From Cycas panzhihuaensis (Eukaryota > Plantae > Cycadophyta): a stretch of DNA of 64,000 nucleotides. The DNA is taken from contig CM041465.1 of assembly GCA_023213395.1 (NCBI GenBank), positions 200,763,741-200,827,740 of the forward strand, written 5' to 3'. This document shows, piece after piece, positions 1 through 12,460 of the stretch. The notes beneath the pieces were generated by a model, which was not told the origin of the DNA, did not search any database, and saw nothing but the letters and a program-made list of their open reading frames with translations. Numbering within the stretch: the stretch's first letter is position 1; each line of letters begins with the position of its first letter. A program made the position numbers and the translations under genes.

Positions 1-723
1 GTCTAAATGTTGAGTTAGATCTTGGTGCTAATTAAGTTATTGAGTTATTCTATTGACAGTCTTACTCTTTTCTAAATTTTGGGTTGCAAAGTCAAATGTG
101 GATGTTATCCTAAGTTGGTTGAGTATATTCTCCTCTCATAATAAGATCCCCTTAAAGGTTATGAAATCTATTTTAAAATAATTATCATGTAATTTAGAGA
201 CAAACAAGTCATATTCTATGGGTAAGATGTTTATAATGCTAGAGATAAAATCATGGTCTAAAGGTGGCTCGCCAATGATAATCAATTGGTTCTTAATTAT
301 TTTAACTTTATTCAAATGGTTGATAACATTTTCAATAAAAGACATTACAAATAGGTGATCTTTGAGGGTTAGAGATCTAGATTAATATTTTCTCTCATAG
401 AGGGCACAAAGTATGGTCCATGCCCCATGAGATGTTTAAGTAGTTTCAATATTTTAGTCTATTTAGTCTTCAATAGCTAAGTGGGGAAAGGATAAGATAA
501 TGTTGCCCTTAGCTTTGAAGTTATCTAAGGCTATAAGATTAGCTGGGATTGTTTTGGTAAGATTATTAGGGTCTTTTATTGGCATAGAAAGGGGTATGTC
601 TCCATTCACATAGGCCCAAAATTCATTTATGATAAGTAAATATTTAAATTATTTCTTCCATGGTATGAAGTTATTGATGCCATTGAATTTAATGGTATTA
701 GAAAGAAGCATTTGTGATGCTAT
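1..723 (-). pseudogene. gag: copia gag (UBN2-type), disrupted
   Basis: Translation reads IKFNGINNFIPWKK*FKYLL..EFWAYVNG..AWTILCALYE; ORF 136-345 (SFIENVINHLNKVKIIKNQL..ILPIEYDLFV) is the typical copia gag core. Confidence 0.8.
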
Positions 724-2727
724 GTTTCAAAGTTTTTGTCTTATTTTTATATCTTTAAAGGTTATGTAATTAGGTACTAATCTACCTAAGGGGTTACTAA
801 TCTAGGATTCTAAGGTTTAAGGGTCTCTTAGAAAGTTCTCAATTGCTATCATGTCTAGTGATACTTGCCTACAAGTGCCAAACCAGGGACCTAATATACT
901 GATATGTGAGCTCAAAGGATCGATATATCTTAGTATATGGGTTATAAAGAAGGTCTAGGACTCCCTTAATTTGTTTTTCTACTTGCATTGGACTTATGCC
1001 CAATGATAGATCTAGTAGTGACAACTTATCTAACCAAGGTACTCACCCCCTTTGGGTCTAGTCTAGTCTCCAAACTCTAATAAGAAAGGGTCTACACGTT
1101 AGTCTTCCATTTAATACACCGAATAATTAATGGTTTCCTCAATAAATTAGAGTACATCAATGGTGTGTGCAGGATGGTAACTTTAGAGGTCCTAACCATT
1201 CTTCTTACAAGGCCAGAAATGGGAGATTCAATTTAGAAATTATCCTTTTAATACGAAAATTTGACTTTATGATGACTTTTTTATAAGCATAAGGTTCCTT
1301 TTAAGAAAAAAAATAAAAACAAAAATAAAAATAAAGTAAATTAAATTACAAAGATGGGTTTAGAGTGATCTTTAATGGGTCAAGCTTAAGAGAGAACTAT
1401 GTTAACCTTCCAAGACCAACACCTACAAAAGAAACAATACTATGCACATGTTAGTCTCAAAAAATAGAATCAGATAGTTGAATAAAGATTACCCATAGCC
1501 TAAAGTAGCACAAGAACTTCAAGGAAACTAAAATAAGCCTTTAAAATTTGAGAAAAAGGCTTAAAATACTCAGATACTAAGGCCAACTTTAGTAGCTTAT
1601 ATCTTCAATAAATTGGCTCCAAATTTGACTCAATTAGATCTTAAACTATAAAGCTATAAATCTACTTTTTGATGATCTATATGGTTTGCAAATAGGACTT
1701 ACAGTTGCTAAGATATGTTTGAAATAATATAGGTGCCTTTTTATGAAAAAATCCAAATGAAGATACACATAAGCCCCTTCTGAAACTAGCCCTTGGTCAC
1801 CTGTTGACTGCACATGACCATCCATTGATATAACTAGGGGGCTTATAGACTTGAAAATATATCAAATACAGCCTAAACATTTTGAAAGTGTAAAAAGTAT
1901 TTAAAAGAGTTAAGTTTCTTTTGAAATCTGCCCTTTTAACTAAAAACTAGGGTCATATGAGTGATGAAAATGACTAAACAAAGGGGCTAGCCACCAAATT
2001 CAAGCTAAATATCAGATATGATTTAATTTTATTTACTAAAGATAAAAACTTTAGTGAATTAAAGTGAAATTTTATAATAAAATATGAGAAAAGAGGTGAC
2101 ATAAAGGTTGCACAACCTATGCGCAAGTTAGGTGACCTATGTGGGTGATTGGATGGCAAAAGGAGGTACCAAATGGTCACAAAATGCAATGAAGCTTTAG
2201 AATAATGGACATAAAGGTCAGAGGGACCCAAAGGATCAAACATTTTTGAGAAATAAGCTCATAATAAGGAGAACAAAGCTATGGAATGCCAAAGGGCTAT
2301 GGGAGCCAAACAAAATAGAACTAGCCAAGAATAAGCTTAAAACTACTTGAGATCTATCTAAATCTATTATAGTATACAAAGAATGAGGGTGTGGGGCTAC
2401 TAAAAGGAGAAATATTACTTCAAGAAAGAGAAACAAGTAGATCTAGGGTTGGTGTAACATAGAAACATGTTTTTTCCTCTATTTATTCTCACAAAATTGG
2501 AACCAAACCTTATACATCTATAAATGAGCTTGGAATCTACTTCAAAAGGCTGATATCTACTAGAAACTACTATACTTCATATAAATACTATAGAATACAT
2601 GAATTTTTGATAAAATAATGAGGAAATATGAGTAAACATGGTGTAATTATAAAGGAATAATAAGCCTCTATGTTTTAATCTTGCACTAATAAACCACTAA
2701 ATCAAAGCACATATGGCTTTGATATCA

Positions 2728-3052
2728 TGTTAAATACTTCAAGATCTAAGATATCATATGTTCTAATGAAAATATTATAGAAAATAATAGTAATATACAA
2801 CAAAACAAATGAAATATGTATGAATAATTCAATGGACCAAGTATGGGCGAATTTATCACCATGTAGAGCTCTATTTGGGCAAAGCTTCTATATTAATCAT
2901 AATCCAATGTCTAATAGAATGGTGTGGGGCTTAATTTATAAGAAACCCACCAATATTTTAAGAGATACAATAGGTTGGCTAAGTGGCAAATGAGACAAAA
3001 CTAACCAATTTATACAATAACAATAAATTATAACAAGGGTCGCCTTAATATT

Positions 3053-3055
<3 letters not shown>
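2728..3055 (-). repeat. 5' LTR of copia A (about 330 bp; far end approximate)
   Basis: Directly abuts the PBS and has TG...CA termini. The partner LTR is outside the window. Confidence 0.6.

Positions 3056-3108
<53 letters not shown>
3056..3108. repeat. (TA)n microsatellite
   Basis: About 26 TA units. Confidence 0.97.
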
Positions 3109-3110
<2 letters not shown>

Positions 3111-3715
3111 AAATATGCATTTATATGAAATAAAGTTGATATTACAATGTTTTAACATCACCAACCATGCTCTATATATATTTCTCTAGATATATCATAT
3201 TAAGTAGTTATGTTCTGAAAACTTTAAAATCTTAAGAAGTTAACTAGTTATATTACCTTATATATTCAATTCATTTTAGTTCCTAATAAAGATTACTTCT
3301 AATTAAGGAGGAGGAAAATTCTAATATTACTTGAGAATATTATACTTACTTGAAAATCCAACCTAGGTATAAATCAGTTTTAGACATGTTAGATAAAGAG
3401 AATAAATATACTAATGTTCCCAACATTCCCATTACTGCTATATCTAATTAAATAAATTTATGTCATCAATTGCCTATATTCTTGTAAATGAAGTACATTG
3501 GATATGTAAGTCTACCATATATACTTAATTGGTGCTTAAGTATGTTAACATACTTAACTATTATAATGTTACTTATTTGTATTTAATTTAATTTACATAT
3601 TATTGAATTCATAGGGAATAATTCTTTCACATCCCTAAGGTGGTAAATAATAAATATTTTCCCCATTATCCATATCCAAATTTATGATTAGGCCATGCGT
3701 TATGAAGAAAAATAA

Positions 3716-4830
3716 ACTAATAACTTGTGTCTACATGACATAAGCCTTGGATAAGATGGTAGGAATATGATATATTGATGTGAAACATAGTATATCATAA
3801 AAATCACTTTCTTAGCTAATTCAAATCCTAGAATATTAATGAATGATTATAAAGTCTTAAGTTCCTTAGTATGATCTTGTTTATTTTCTATAAACTAGTC
3901 AAACAAATATTCATATTATTACATATGATTATATTATCATATATATATATAAACCTAAGTTCTTGATTCATGGATAAATCTATGATTTATATAAAATGAC
4001 TAATTTGATTTAATATATGTTAAACTCATTTAAAATCATTATTTTTTCATATAAAATGAATGTTATAACCAACACTATGATAAAGGTTCCTATAATATTA
4101 TAATATTAATCTATCCTCTACCATCTCTCCCATCCTAATTAGTAGCCAGCTCCTTGATTTATAATGGACTAAATAATAAAATTAGTAGTAAGAAAAGTTT
4201 TAATCTCTAGGAATTGTGCATAGTAACATGGTAGTAATAATTCTTTGAAAAAGCTTAATAAAATCAAGGTTTTAATAAAAATATAGCAAAACCATATAGA
4301 GTGTTATATGACAACACACATAGTGCTACATGATAGTGCTAGTGGTATAAGTACATATCTAGATTTATGATAGGGCTAATTGCTTATCTCTACATAACAT
4401 AAGCCTTGGACAAGGTAGTAAGAATATGATCCACTTTCACTTAGTGATATAAAACATAACATATCATAAAATCCACTTTGTAACTAATTTAAATCCTTAA
4501 ATATTAATGAATGGTTATATGTTCTTAAGTTCCTTAATATGATCTTGACTATATTATATGTATTAATTGAAGAAATATTTGTATCATTACATGTGTTTAT
4601 ACTATAATATATTTTTAAAAAAGTGATTAATTCATGGATAAATTTATGATTTAGATAAAAAGACTAATTTGAGTTAATATATATTGAACTTATTAAAGAG
4701 TATTGTGCTTTCATATAAAATTAATATTAAAAGTAACACTATTATAAAGGTTCCCATAATATTGTAACATTAGTTTATTCTCTACAAACTCTATCATCCT
4801 AATTGATATGCTAACCCCTCATAATAAGCT
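3716..4830. repeat. Diverged direct repeat, about 450 bp arms (3716-4170 and 4375-4830)
   Basis: CTACATGACATAAGCCTTGGATAAG at 3731 matches CTACATAACATAAGCCTTGGACAAG at 4390; collinear similarity continues through TAAAGGTTCC..CATCCTAATT. Confidence 0.85.
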
Positions 4831-5268
4831 AAACACCAAGGGAGGAACTCAAGTTGGTTTGCTAATATTTTATGAAATTATTGAAGTTAGCTCTAATAAT
4901 GATGGCATATATAAATAAATTAGAGCCTTATGGAAGACCATGACTATTTTGTTTCCCTTAATAATCGATTGATTCCATTTGGGTGCTTTGGTGCATTTTA
5001 TTCTATGATATTCATACTTCATATGCTTTTAATTATTAATATTACTACACTTATTCATAGGTCATTTATCATTTGTATCTATTTTGGATTATTTATTTTA
5101 TCTATGGAATTAATTACTAAGGTTCTTCATAGTGGTATCAAAGAAACCATCCTATTCTTATGATAAAGGTATTACTACACTAGTCATTGATATATTAATG
5201 TTGGAAGAGGCCACCATATCTTTGTGAGGGAGCCCAAATACTCATCTATACTAGAGCCAAGTTCATGA

Positions 5269-5912
5269 TGCTGGGTATTGTGACAATAATTATAGGACTA
5301 AAATTATGGTATGTTTTCGGCGCAATTTCCCCCCCAATCTTTCTTGGGGGGTTCCAAGGGGGGCAAGAGCCCACCTTGCCCGAGGCGTGTGGGGGGTGTG
5401 GAATGCCCCTATTAGGAGGGGGTTTAGGGGTGATAGCCCCTGACCCAAAAAATTAGCCATGTAAACCTTATCAAAATGTAAAGAGAATCAGGGTCGTTTG
5501 ATACAAATACACTAGATTCTACAGTTGAGATTTGTGTCTTGGATGTTCCTCTCATGTAGTCCATTTTAGGGCTTTTCTTATTATGTTGTAATGTAATACA
5601 ATGTAATTGTGATGAGGGTGATAACTAATTGTTGTTCCTGAGAGCACTCTATAACTGTGATATACTATTTCTCCATTCTATAGTAATATAGATCGATACC
5701 TTTCCTGTGTGGATGTTTCCTTAGCACACTGCTAGGGTTTCACCACGTTATATCGGGTGCACATGTGATGTTTGACTTTTATTTTCTTATCACTATATAA
5801 TCTCTAATTTTAGAACTTGCATGTAATTTTAAGTTTCAATTTTTGTAACTAGTTATAGGAATGAAATAGATCTTGGTGGCGGTTAAAGGGTTGGGACCTT
5901 GTATTCTCAACG
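5269..5912 (+). repeat. 5' LTR of copia B (644 bp)
   Basis: Both ends match 9957-10250; followed by the PBS. Confidence 0.9.
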
Positions 5913-5914
5913 AG

Positions 5915-5926
5915 TGGTATCAGAGC
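5915..5926 (+). promoter_or_regulatory. Primer-binding site (initiator tRNA-Met)
   Basis: Exact TGGTATCAGAGC, 2 nt after the LTR end. Confidence 0.95.
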
Positions 5927-5983
5927 CACTCTTTTTCTTGTAGTGAGTTTATGAAGGTTTTGGTGTCAGCTTTTCTACACTAA

Positions 5984-8900
5984 ATGGCAAAACTAGTAGG
6001 TACAAAGTTCGAGGTGGAGAAATTCAATAGCAAGAACAACTTTGAGTTGTGGAAACTAAAAGCGTATGATATTCTTGTACAGGAGGGTTTGTACAAATCC
6101 CTTACAGGCAAATCAAAGAAACCCGTAGGGATGGACGATGATGAATGGGATGATTTAGACAAAAAGACACTTAGCACAATACGATTGTGCTTGGCGGATG
6201 AAGTTTTGTTTAACATCACAGTGGAGTAGATAATAGTAGGATTATGGACCCAGTTAGAAGGCCTGTATATGACTAAATCAGTAACAAATCGAATTTACCT
6301 GAAGAGGTAACTATACTCCTTACGGATGAAGGAAGGTCAAAAATTACCAACCATTTAAATATTTTTAATACTTTTATTTGTTAATTGACTAGTATTGATG
6401 TTAAAGTTGAGGATGAGGATAAGGTTGTTACCCTGTTATACTCATTACCTAAATCCTATGAAATTTATTGTCACCTCAATTAGTTTTAGTACTACAGATG
6501 AATTGGAATATGATTCTATTGTGAGTGCTTTGCTAATGGAAGAAGTGCAGAGGAAGTCTAGTCTTGAAACCTCCACACTAGAAGCCATGATAGTAAGGGG
6601 TAAAACATTTGAGAGAGGACAAAACTCCAGGGATACATCGAGGTCCAAGTCAAAGAGCAAAAAGAGTAAGCTTAGGTGTTGGCATTGTAATAAGATTGGT
6701 CACCTCAAGAAGGATTGTTACAAAAGGAAAGAGTTCCAGAAAAAGGAAGATCCTACCAAGGAAGCGAATAAGGTGGAGTCAAATCAAGGTATGGATGATG
6801 ATGTCTTGATTGCTTGTAATGCTTCTCATTATCACCATGACTGGTTATTAGATTCAGGTGCTTCACACCATATATGTCCACACAAGAGTTGGTTCTCAGC
6901 ATACCAACTTCTTGATGGTGGTGATGTGCTTATGGGAAATGAATTTTCTTGTAAGACAGTGGGCATTGGTAGCATTAGAATTAAGATATTTGATGGGGTA
7001 GTCAGAACATTAACTGAGGTTAGACATGTACCTGATTTGAAAAAGAATCTTATTTCCTTGGGTGAATTAGATTCAGGTGGTTTTAAGTATACAGGTTATG
7101 AAGGAGTCCTAAAGGTATCAAAGGGTACCTTGGTTGTTATGAAAGCCTTAAAGAACGGAAATCTTTACATTTTAGTAGGAAGTACAAATGTCAGCCAAGC
7201 AACTACAACATCAAAGACTAAAGAAGGTCTAGCTCAGTTATGACATCAGAGACTTGGGCACATGAGCGAGAAAGGACTTAAGGTGCTAATAAATCATAAG
7301 TTGCTTCCTAACTTACAGCTTTTAGATTTGGCTTTCTGTAAACATTATGTTTTTGGAAAACAGTGTAGACTTAGGTGTAAAGTAGGGAGTCACACTAGTA
7401 AAGGCATTCTGAATTATATACATTCGAATGTATGGGGACCAACCCCTAAAATATCTTATGGAGGATCATTGTATTTTGTCACATTTATAGATGATTACTC
7501 TAAGAAGGTATGGGTCTATTTTTTGAAAAGGAAATCTAAAGTTTTCAGTGTGTTTAAGCAGTTCAAGGATTTAGTTGAAAATAGTACTGGTAAGACAATC
7601 AAATGTTTAAGAACTGACAATAGAGGTGAGTTCAACTCCTTGGAGTTTGAGAACTATTGTAGAGAAGCTGGGATCGAAAGACACAAGACCACTAGCTATA
7701 CTCCGTAGCAAAATGGCATTATTGAGCACATGAATAAGACACTCTTGGAAAGAGCAAGAAGCATGCTAAGTAATGTAAGAGTGGACTAGGGCTTGTGGGC
7801 AGAAGCTATTCAAATAGCTTGCTATATGGTAAACAGGTCACCATCACTTGTAATAGATTGGAAAATTCCTGAAGAGGTATGGATTGGACATCCATGTGAT
7901 TATTAAAATTTAAAAGTTTTTGGTTATGATGCTTATGCCTGGATTGACAAAAGTACACGTTCAAAGTTAGACCCAAAATCCAAGAGATATATCTTTGTTG
8001 GTTATGGTGATAAGGATGGTGTGAAGGGATACAAGTTGTGGGATCCTACTGCCCACAAAATCACCATTAACAGAGATGTCATATGTGATGAATCTCCCTT
8101 TGTAAAATCAGACAGTGTAGAAGCTGAAATAAAATAGGAGCAGCAAGATGAACATCAATAAGTCAAGTTTGAAATGTAGCCATCTGTGGAATCAAAAGAG
8201 CATGAAGATCTTTCTGAAGATGAATTAGTAGCAGATTTACAGGAGTATGTGGACACTCCCCTACCAACAGTTAGAAGATCTACATGAGTTAGTCATCCAT
8301 CTGACAGGTACAACCCTTCTATTTCTATTGCTTTAGTTTCTAATGATGGTGAGCCTACATGTTATCAGGAAGTAGTAGATGATATCCATGGAGAGAAGTG
8401 GATAAGGGCTATGCAGGAAGAGATAAATGCTTTGAAAAAAAATAATTCATAGGACTTGGTAGAACTTCCACATGGTAGGAAGACTGTTGGTTGCAGATGG
8501 GTTTTCAAAAAGAAAATAGATGTTGATAGAAAGCTTAATAAATACAGGGCAAGACTGGTGGCTAAAGGTTTTGCATAGAAAGTAGGTATTGACTTTCATG
8601 AGATCTTCTCACAAGTTGTTAAACCTGTTTCAATTTGATGGCTATTAGCATTGGTAGCTTCTCTCAGTTTGGAGTTAGAGCTGTTAGATGTGAAAATAAC
8701 TTTTCTACATGGAGATTTAGATGAGGAGATCTATATGGACCAACCAGAAGGGTTTGTCCAAGATGGTAAGAAAAGACTTATTTGCAAGTTCAGGAAATCA
8801 TTGTATGGTCTAAAGCAATCACCCAGGTAGTGGTATAAGAAGTTTGATGCCTTCCTGGAGAACCAAAATTTTAAAAGAAGTGAGTATGACTATTGTATTT

Positions 8901-9910
8901 ACTTTAAATTTATGGACAATGGATTATTCATTATCCTGGTGTTATATGTTGATAACATACTAGTTGCAAGTAAGAGCATGGAAGAAATCAATAAGCTAAA
9001 GGCTCAATTGGCTAGGACTTTTGGTATGAAAGATCTAGGAGCTATAAAATAAATCTTAGGCATAGAGATACATAGAGATAGGAAAAATTGTAAGCTATGG
9101 TTATCACAGTAGAAATATATAGAGAAGGTGCTAACCAGGTTTGGTATGGCAAATGTGAAACCAGTGAGTATCCCATTAGCTTCCCACTTCAAGCTTTCTT
9201 CAAATATGAGTCCTAGTAGTGAAGAACAAAAGGCTTATATGTCTCGTGTGCCTTATGCTAGTGCAGTAGGAAGTTTGATGTATGCCATGGCATGTACAAG
9301 ACCTAATATTTCACATGTAGTCGGTGTAGTTAGCAGGTTTATGGCAAATCCAGGAAAAGAACATTGGGTTGCAGTGAAATGGGTGCTTCGGTATTTAAGA
9401 GGCATGAGTGACTACTGCATCACCTTTAGATGTACAGGTAATTAGGTTTATGGATATGTCGATTCAGACTTTACAGGAGATTTAAACAAAAGAAGGTCTA
9501 CTTCAGGTTATGTTTTTACTCTTGCAAATGGTCCAGTTAGTTGGATGTCCAAATTGCAGAGCACAATTACACTGACAACCATAAAAGCTTAATATGTTGC
9601 TGCAGCACATGCTTATAAAGAAGCAATCTAGTTACAGAGTCTATTGGTTGATCTTGGAAGGAGACAGGAAAATGTAAAGGTATTTTGTGATAGTCAAAGT
9701 GCCATTTACTTAGCCAAGAATCTAGCTTATCATAGTAGAACAAAGCATATTACTCTTAAGTACCATTTTGTTAGACAAGTTGTGGAAGCAGGTGGAGTGG
9801 CACTTGAGAAGATTCACACCAATCAGAATTATGCTAATATATTCACAAAACTAGTACCAGTAGAGAAGTTCAAATGGTGTTTGACTTCTCTTGGCTTGCA
9901 GGAAAGATGA
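5984..9910 (+). pseudogene. gag-pol: copia gag-pol polyprotein with stops and frameshifts
   Basis: KFEVEKFNSKNNFELWKLK; zinc knuckle CWHCNKIGHLKKDC; protease WLLDSGASHH; integrase YFVTFIDDYSKKVWVY..LRTDNRGEF; RT VPYASAVGSLMYAM; RH FCDSQSAIYLAKN..HSRTKHI. Confidence 0.95.
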
Positions 9911-9956
9911 TGAAGGGTCCAGGAAAGGTACCGGGTATTATTGTTAAGGTGGAGAT

Positions 9957-10250
9957 TATTGGATATTATGATAACAATTATGGTGCTAATATTTTGGCAT
10001 GTTTTTTGCACAGTTTCCCCCCCAATCTTTCTCAAGGGGTTCCAAGGGGGGCAAAAGCCCCCATTAGTTAGAGGGTGTGGGGGGCGTGGAATGCCCCCCG
10101 CTAAGAGGAGGTTCGGGGGCAATAGCCCCTAACCCTAATCTCTGATTTTAGAAATTGCATGTAATTTTAAGTTTCAATTTCTGTAACTAGTTATAAGAAT
10201 GCAATAGATCTTGGTGGCAGTTAAAGGGTTGGGACCTTGTATTCTCAACA
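9957..10250 (+). repeat. 3' LTR of copia B, lacking about 350 bp of the middle
   Basis: Matches 5269-5446, then jumps to 5799-5912; ends TCTCAACA. Confidence 0.9.
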
Positions 10251-12460
10251 ACGTTAAGGTATGTTTAGTTTGATCATAGTATCTTTTGTAAACTAGTTAT
10301 CCATCATCCACATACTTTATCCAAATCTTTTACCTTTGAGAAATAAGTTTCACCATGATCATTATCACCTTTTACCATCCAACTTCCCTTTTAAAGTAGG
10401 AGTTTCAAGTGCCAAGGGGATAAATGTTTTACGAAACTTTGATCCTTAATTGATTTTCGTTACTATTAATGAGTTTCTTACCCCATTTACTTTTGATATG
10501 GTTAATTATGGCTTGTTTCAAGTTATATTAGGCCATGTTTTAATGAAATACATTATTATTCTTTAGATGATCTATGTTGAATAATGATGATTATATTATT
10601 ATGTTTTTTTAGTTGTTGATGTGTGAGAACTATAGTGATAAAACCTCTCCTTTATAATTATTCAACTCACTTTTTCTTTAAAACATTCTTTTGTTTTGTT
10701 ATCATCTTTTTAGTTTCACCTTTTAAATCATCCCCTTTTCACTATTTTTGGGCCTATACTTATAGTTTTCACACCTTTTTGGGGTTCTTTTGTCATTGAT
10801 TAAGTTATTTTTATTTAAATTTTGTAATAAAAATTTAATTTTGACCTTCTAATTAGTAATTTTTACTTCCTAATTTATTGTATTTTTGGTCTTGCTAAAA
10901 ATGTAATTGATCGCATTTTATTAATGACGTCACATTTTTTATTGTTAATAAAACATGATTGGTCATATTTTGTACTATCATACATGTAAAATTTTTAATC
11001 AATACACCAATTTTATATGCCACCACCTAGATTCAGTGGAAATTGACTCCATTCATCCCTTGAACTCTCTAAAACCCTAGAGTGTTCATTCATTTGCATT
11101 GTGATGAGCTTGATGCTTAGGTTTTGAGAGTGATTCTTCAAAAATTAAAACATTTTGGCTTGTTATTTTGGAGATCTATCTTAGAAGAAAAGATGAAGTC
11201 AAGGGAAGAAATTTAAAGTTCTATTTGCTATCTTACTATCATATGGATCTTAATCATTATTACTTGTTAAGATACTTAGTTTATTATGATTTTTTTAGCT
11301 TTAGACTTCATATCCTTAGTAAGATCTTATCTACTCTAGTTTCTTCTTGTTTAGATACTCTTTTGATGACTTCTTATGACCAGATTTGCTCCTCTCCTTT
11401 TGTTGACTTCTAAGAAACCTTTATCTATGTTTTTCCTTGGAAAACTTGGCTAAAAGGTTAGCCCTTTATGTGAAATAAAAAGGGTAGACTATTGTGAAGA
11501 AGGATCTATCTCTTCACTATAAAAAATAGCTACTCTCTCCCATTCTCCTCAGGTATCTAGGTTTCCCAAGAGATCTAGTCTCATCTTTTCTTCGTCTTTA
11601 TCTATTGTTGGACTTATTCTTGATTTTTCTTTCTTTTTCTTTCTAGTTTTAAGGAAAAACTTAAGAAGATTATTTATTTTAAAGGGGAGACAACAATTCC
11701 GAGTCAAGAATCAATCATTAGAATAAAAAATTCTGAAACTTGTTGGTGTTGTATTTCTTGCCTTCATCCTTTTGCACTTTCCTCTCATTTTAGGAAAGAA
11801 ATTTAGGTGTTTGAATGATATACTTTTGTTACAATTGGCTTGAATGAGATTCAAGCATCCCATGGTGTTTCAAAACCATGGGTGCTAGAATCTCTTTGTG
11901 TTACTAGTCTATTATCTTTTTGTAAGAAGATCATCTATAGGTAATTATATGTCACTTTTATAGACTGTATATCATTCTTAGTGGCTAAAAATTATTTTTG
12001 AAATCTTTCATTTTCTTTTTTAGTCATTCTTTAAAAACAAAATAACATTTGAATGAGATTAAAAGATTTCTATAAATATTGCATATTGTTTTATATTCCA
12101 TCAAGTTGCATATAGAGTTGCATCTCATAATAGTTACATTTCATGCTAGTTGTGCTTGTTAAAAAAGTGCGTTGCATTTAAAGGATACTTACATCTTTCA
12201 TTTTAGTGTATTTCATTTAAAAAATAAAACAAACAAGAAGTTTCATATGTGATTAATTTTTCTTACTTGATTTGAAAAGAAGGTAGTTAGATCTTTTTGT
12301 CTCTTTGTCTTTTTTTTTATGTGCTCTCATTAAAATAAAAATAAAACAAAACAAAAGGGGGGGATTGAAGGGCATGTTTATTTTTATTTAGGGACTTGGT
12401 TGTTGACCCTTAAAATTAGTCAAAACTAAACATTGATTGGGAGACCATTACTACTGCATA
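10251..12460 (+). mobile_element. Tat-type gypsy fragment: 3' UTR end, PPT, LTR (10425-11523), then probable PBS and leader
   Basis: Reverse-complement homologue of 16328-17560, including TCAAGTGCCAAGGGGATAAA|TGTTT and TGCCACCACC. The right boundary is approximate. Confidence 0.75.

Larger units (their letters stand above)
1..3055 (-). mobile_element. Ty1/copia element A, 5' part (5' LTR, PBS, ~2 kb leader, gag); continues off the left edge
   Basis: Minus-strand gag remnant, PBS-Met complement GCTTTGATATCA at 2716-2727, and LTR-like segment 2728 (TGTTAAAT) to about 3055 (TTACA). Confidence 0.8.
5269..10250 (+). mobile_element. Ty1/copia element B, Tnt1/Tork-like, near full length
   Basis: 5' LTR 5269-5912, PBS TGGTATCAGAGC 5915-5926, gag-PR-INT-RT-RH order, PPT AAGGTGGAGAT ending 9956, and an internally deleted 3' LTR 9957-10250. 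Confidence 0.95.

Noticed and set aside
5121-5145. PBS-like TGGTATCAAAG at 5133 after a possible LTR end
   Set aside because: No partner LTR or coding sequence could be linked to it.
5265-5456. Similar short ORFs at 5265-5456 and 9941-10132
   Set aside because: They are the GC-rich, stop-poor U3 parts of the two copia B LTRs.
5980-6809. Antisense and alternate-frame ORFs over TE coding regions (also 42272-42517, 43813-44061, 49802-50032, 56415-56621, 62768-62995)
   Set aside because: Shadow frames of gag-pol with no independent homology.
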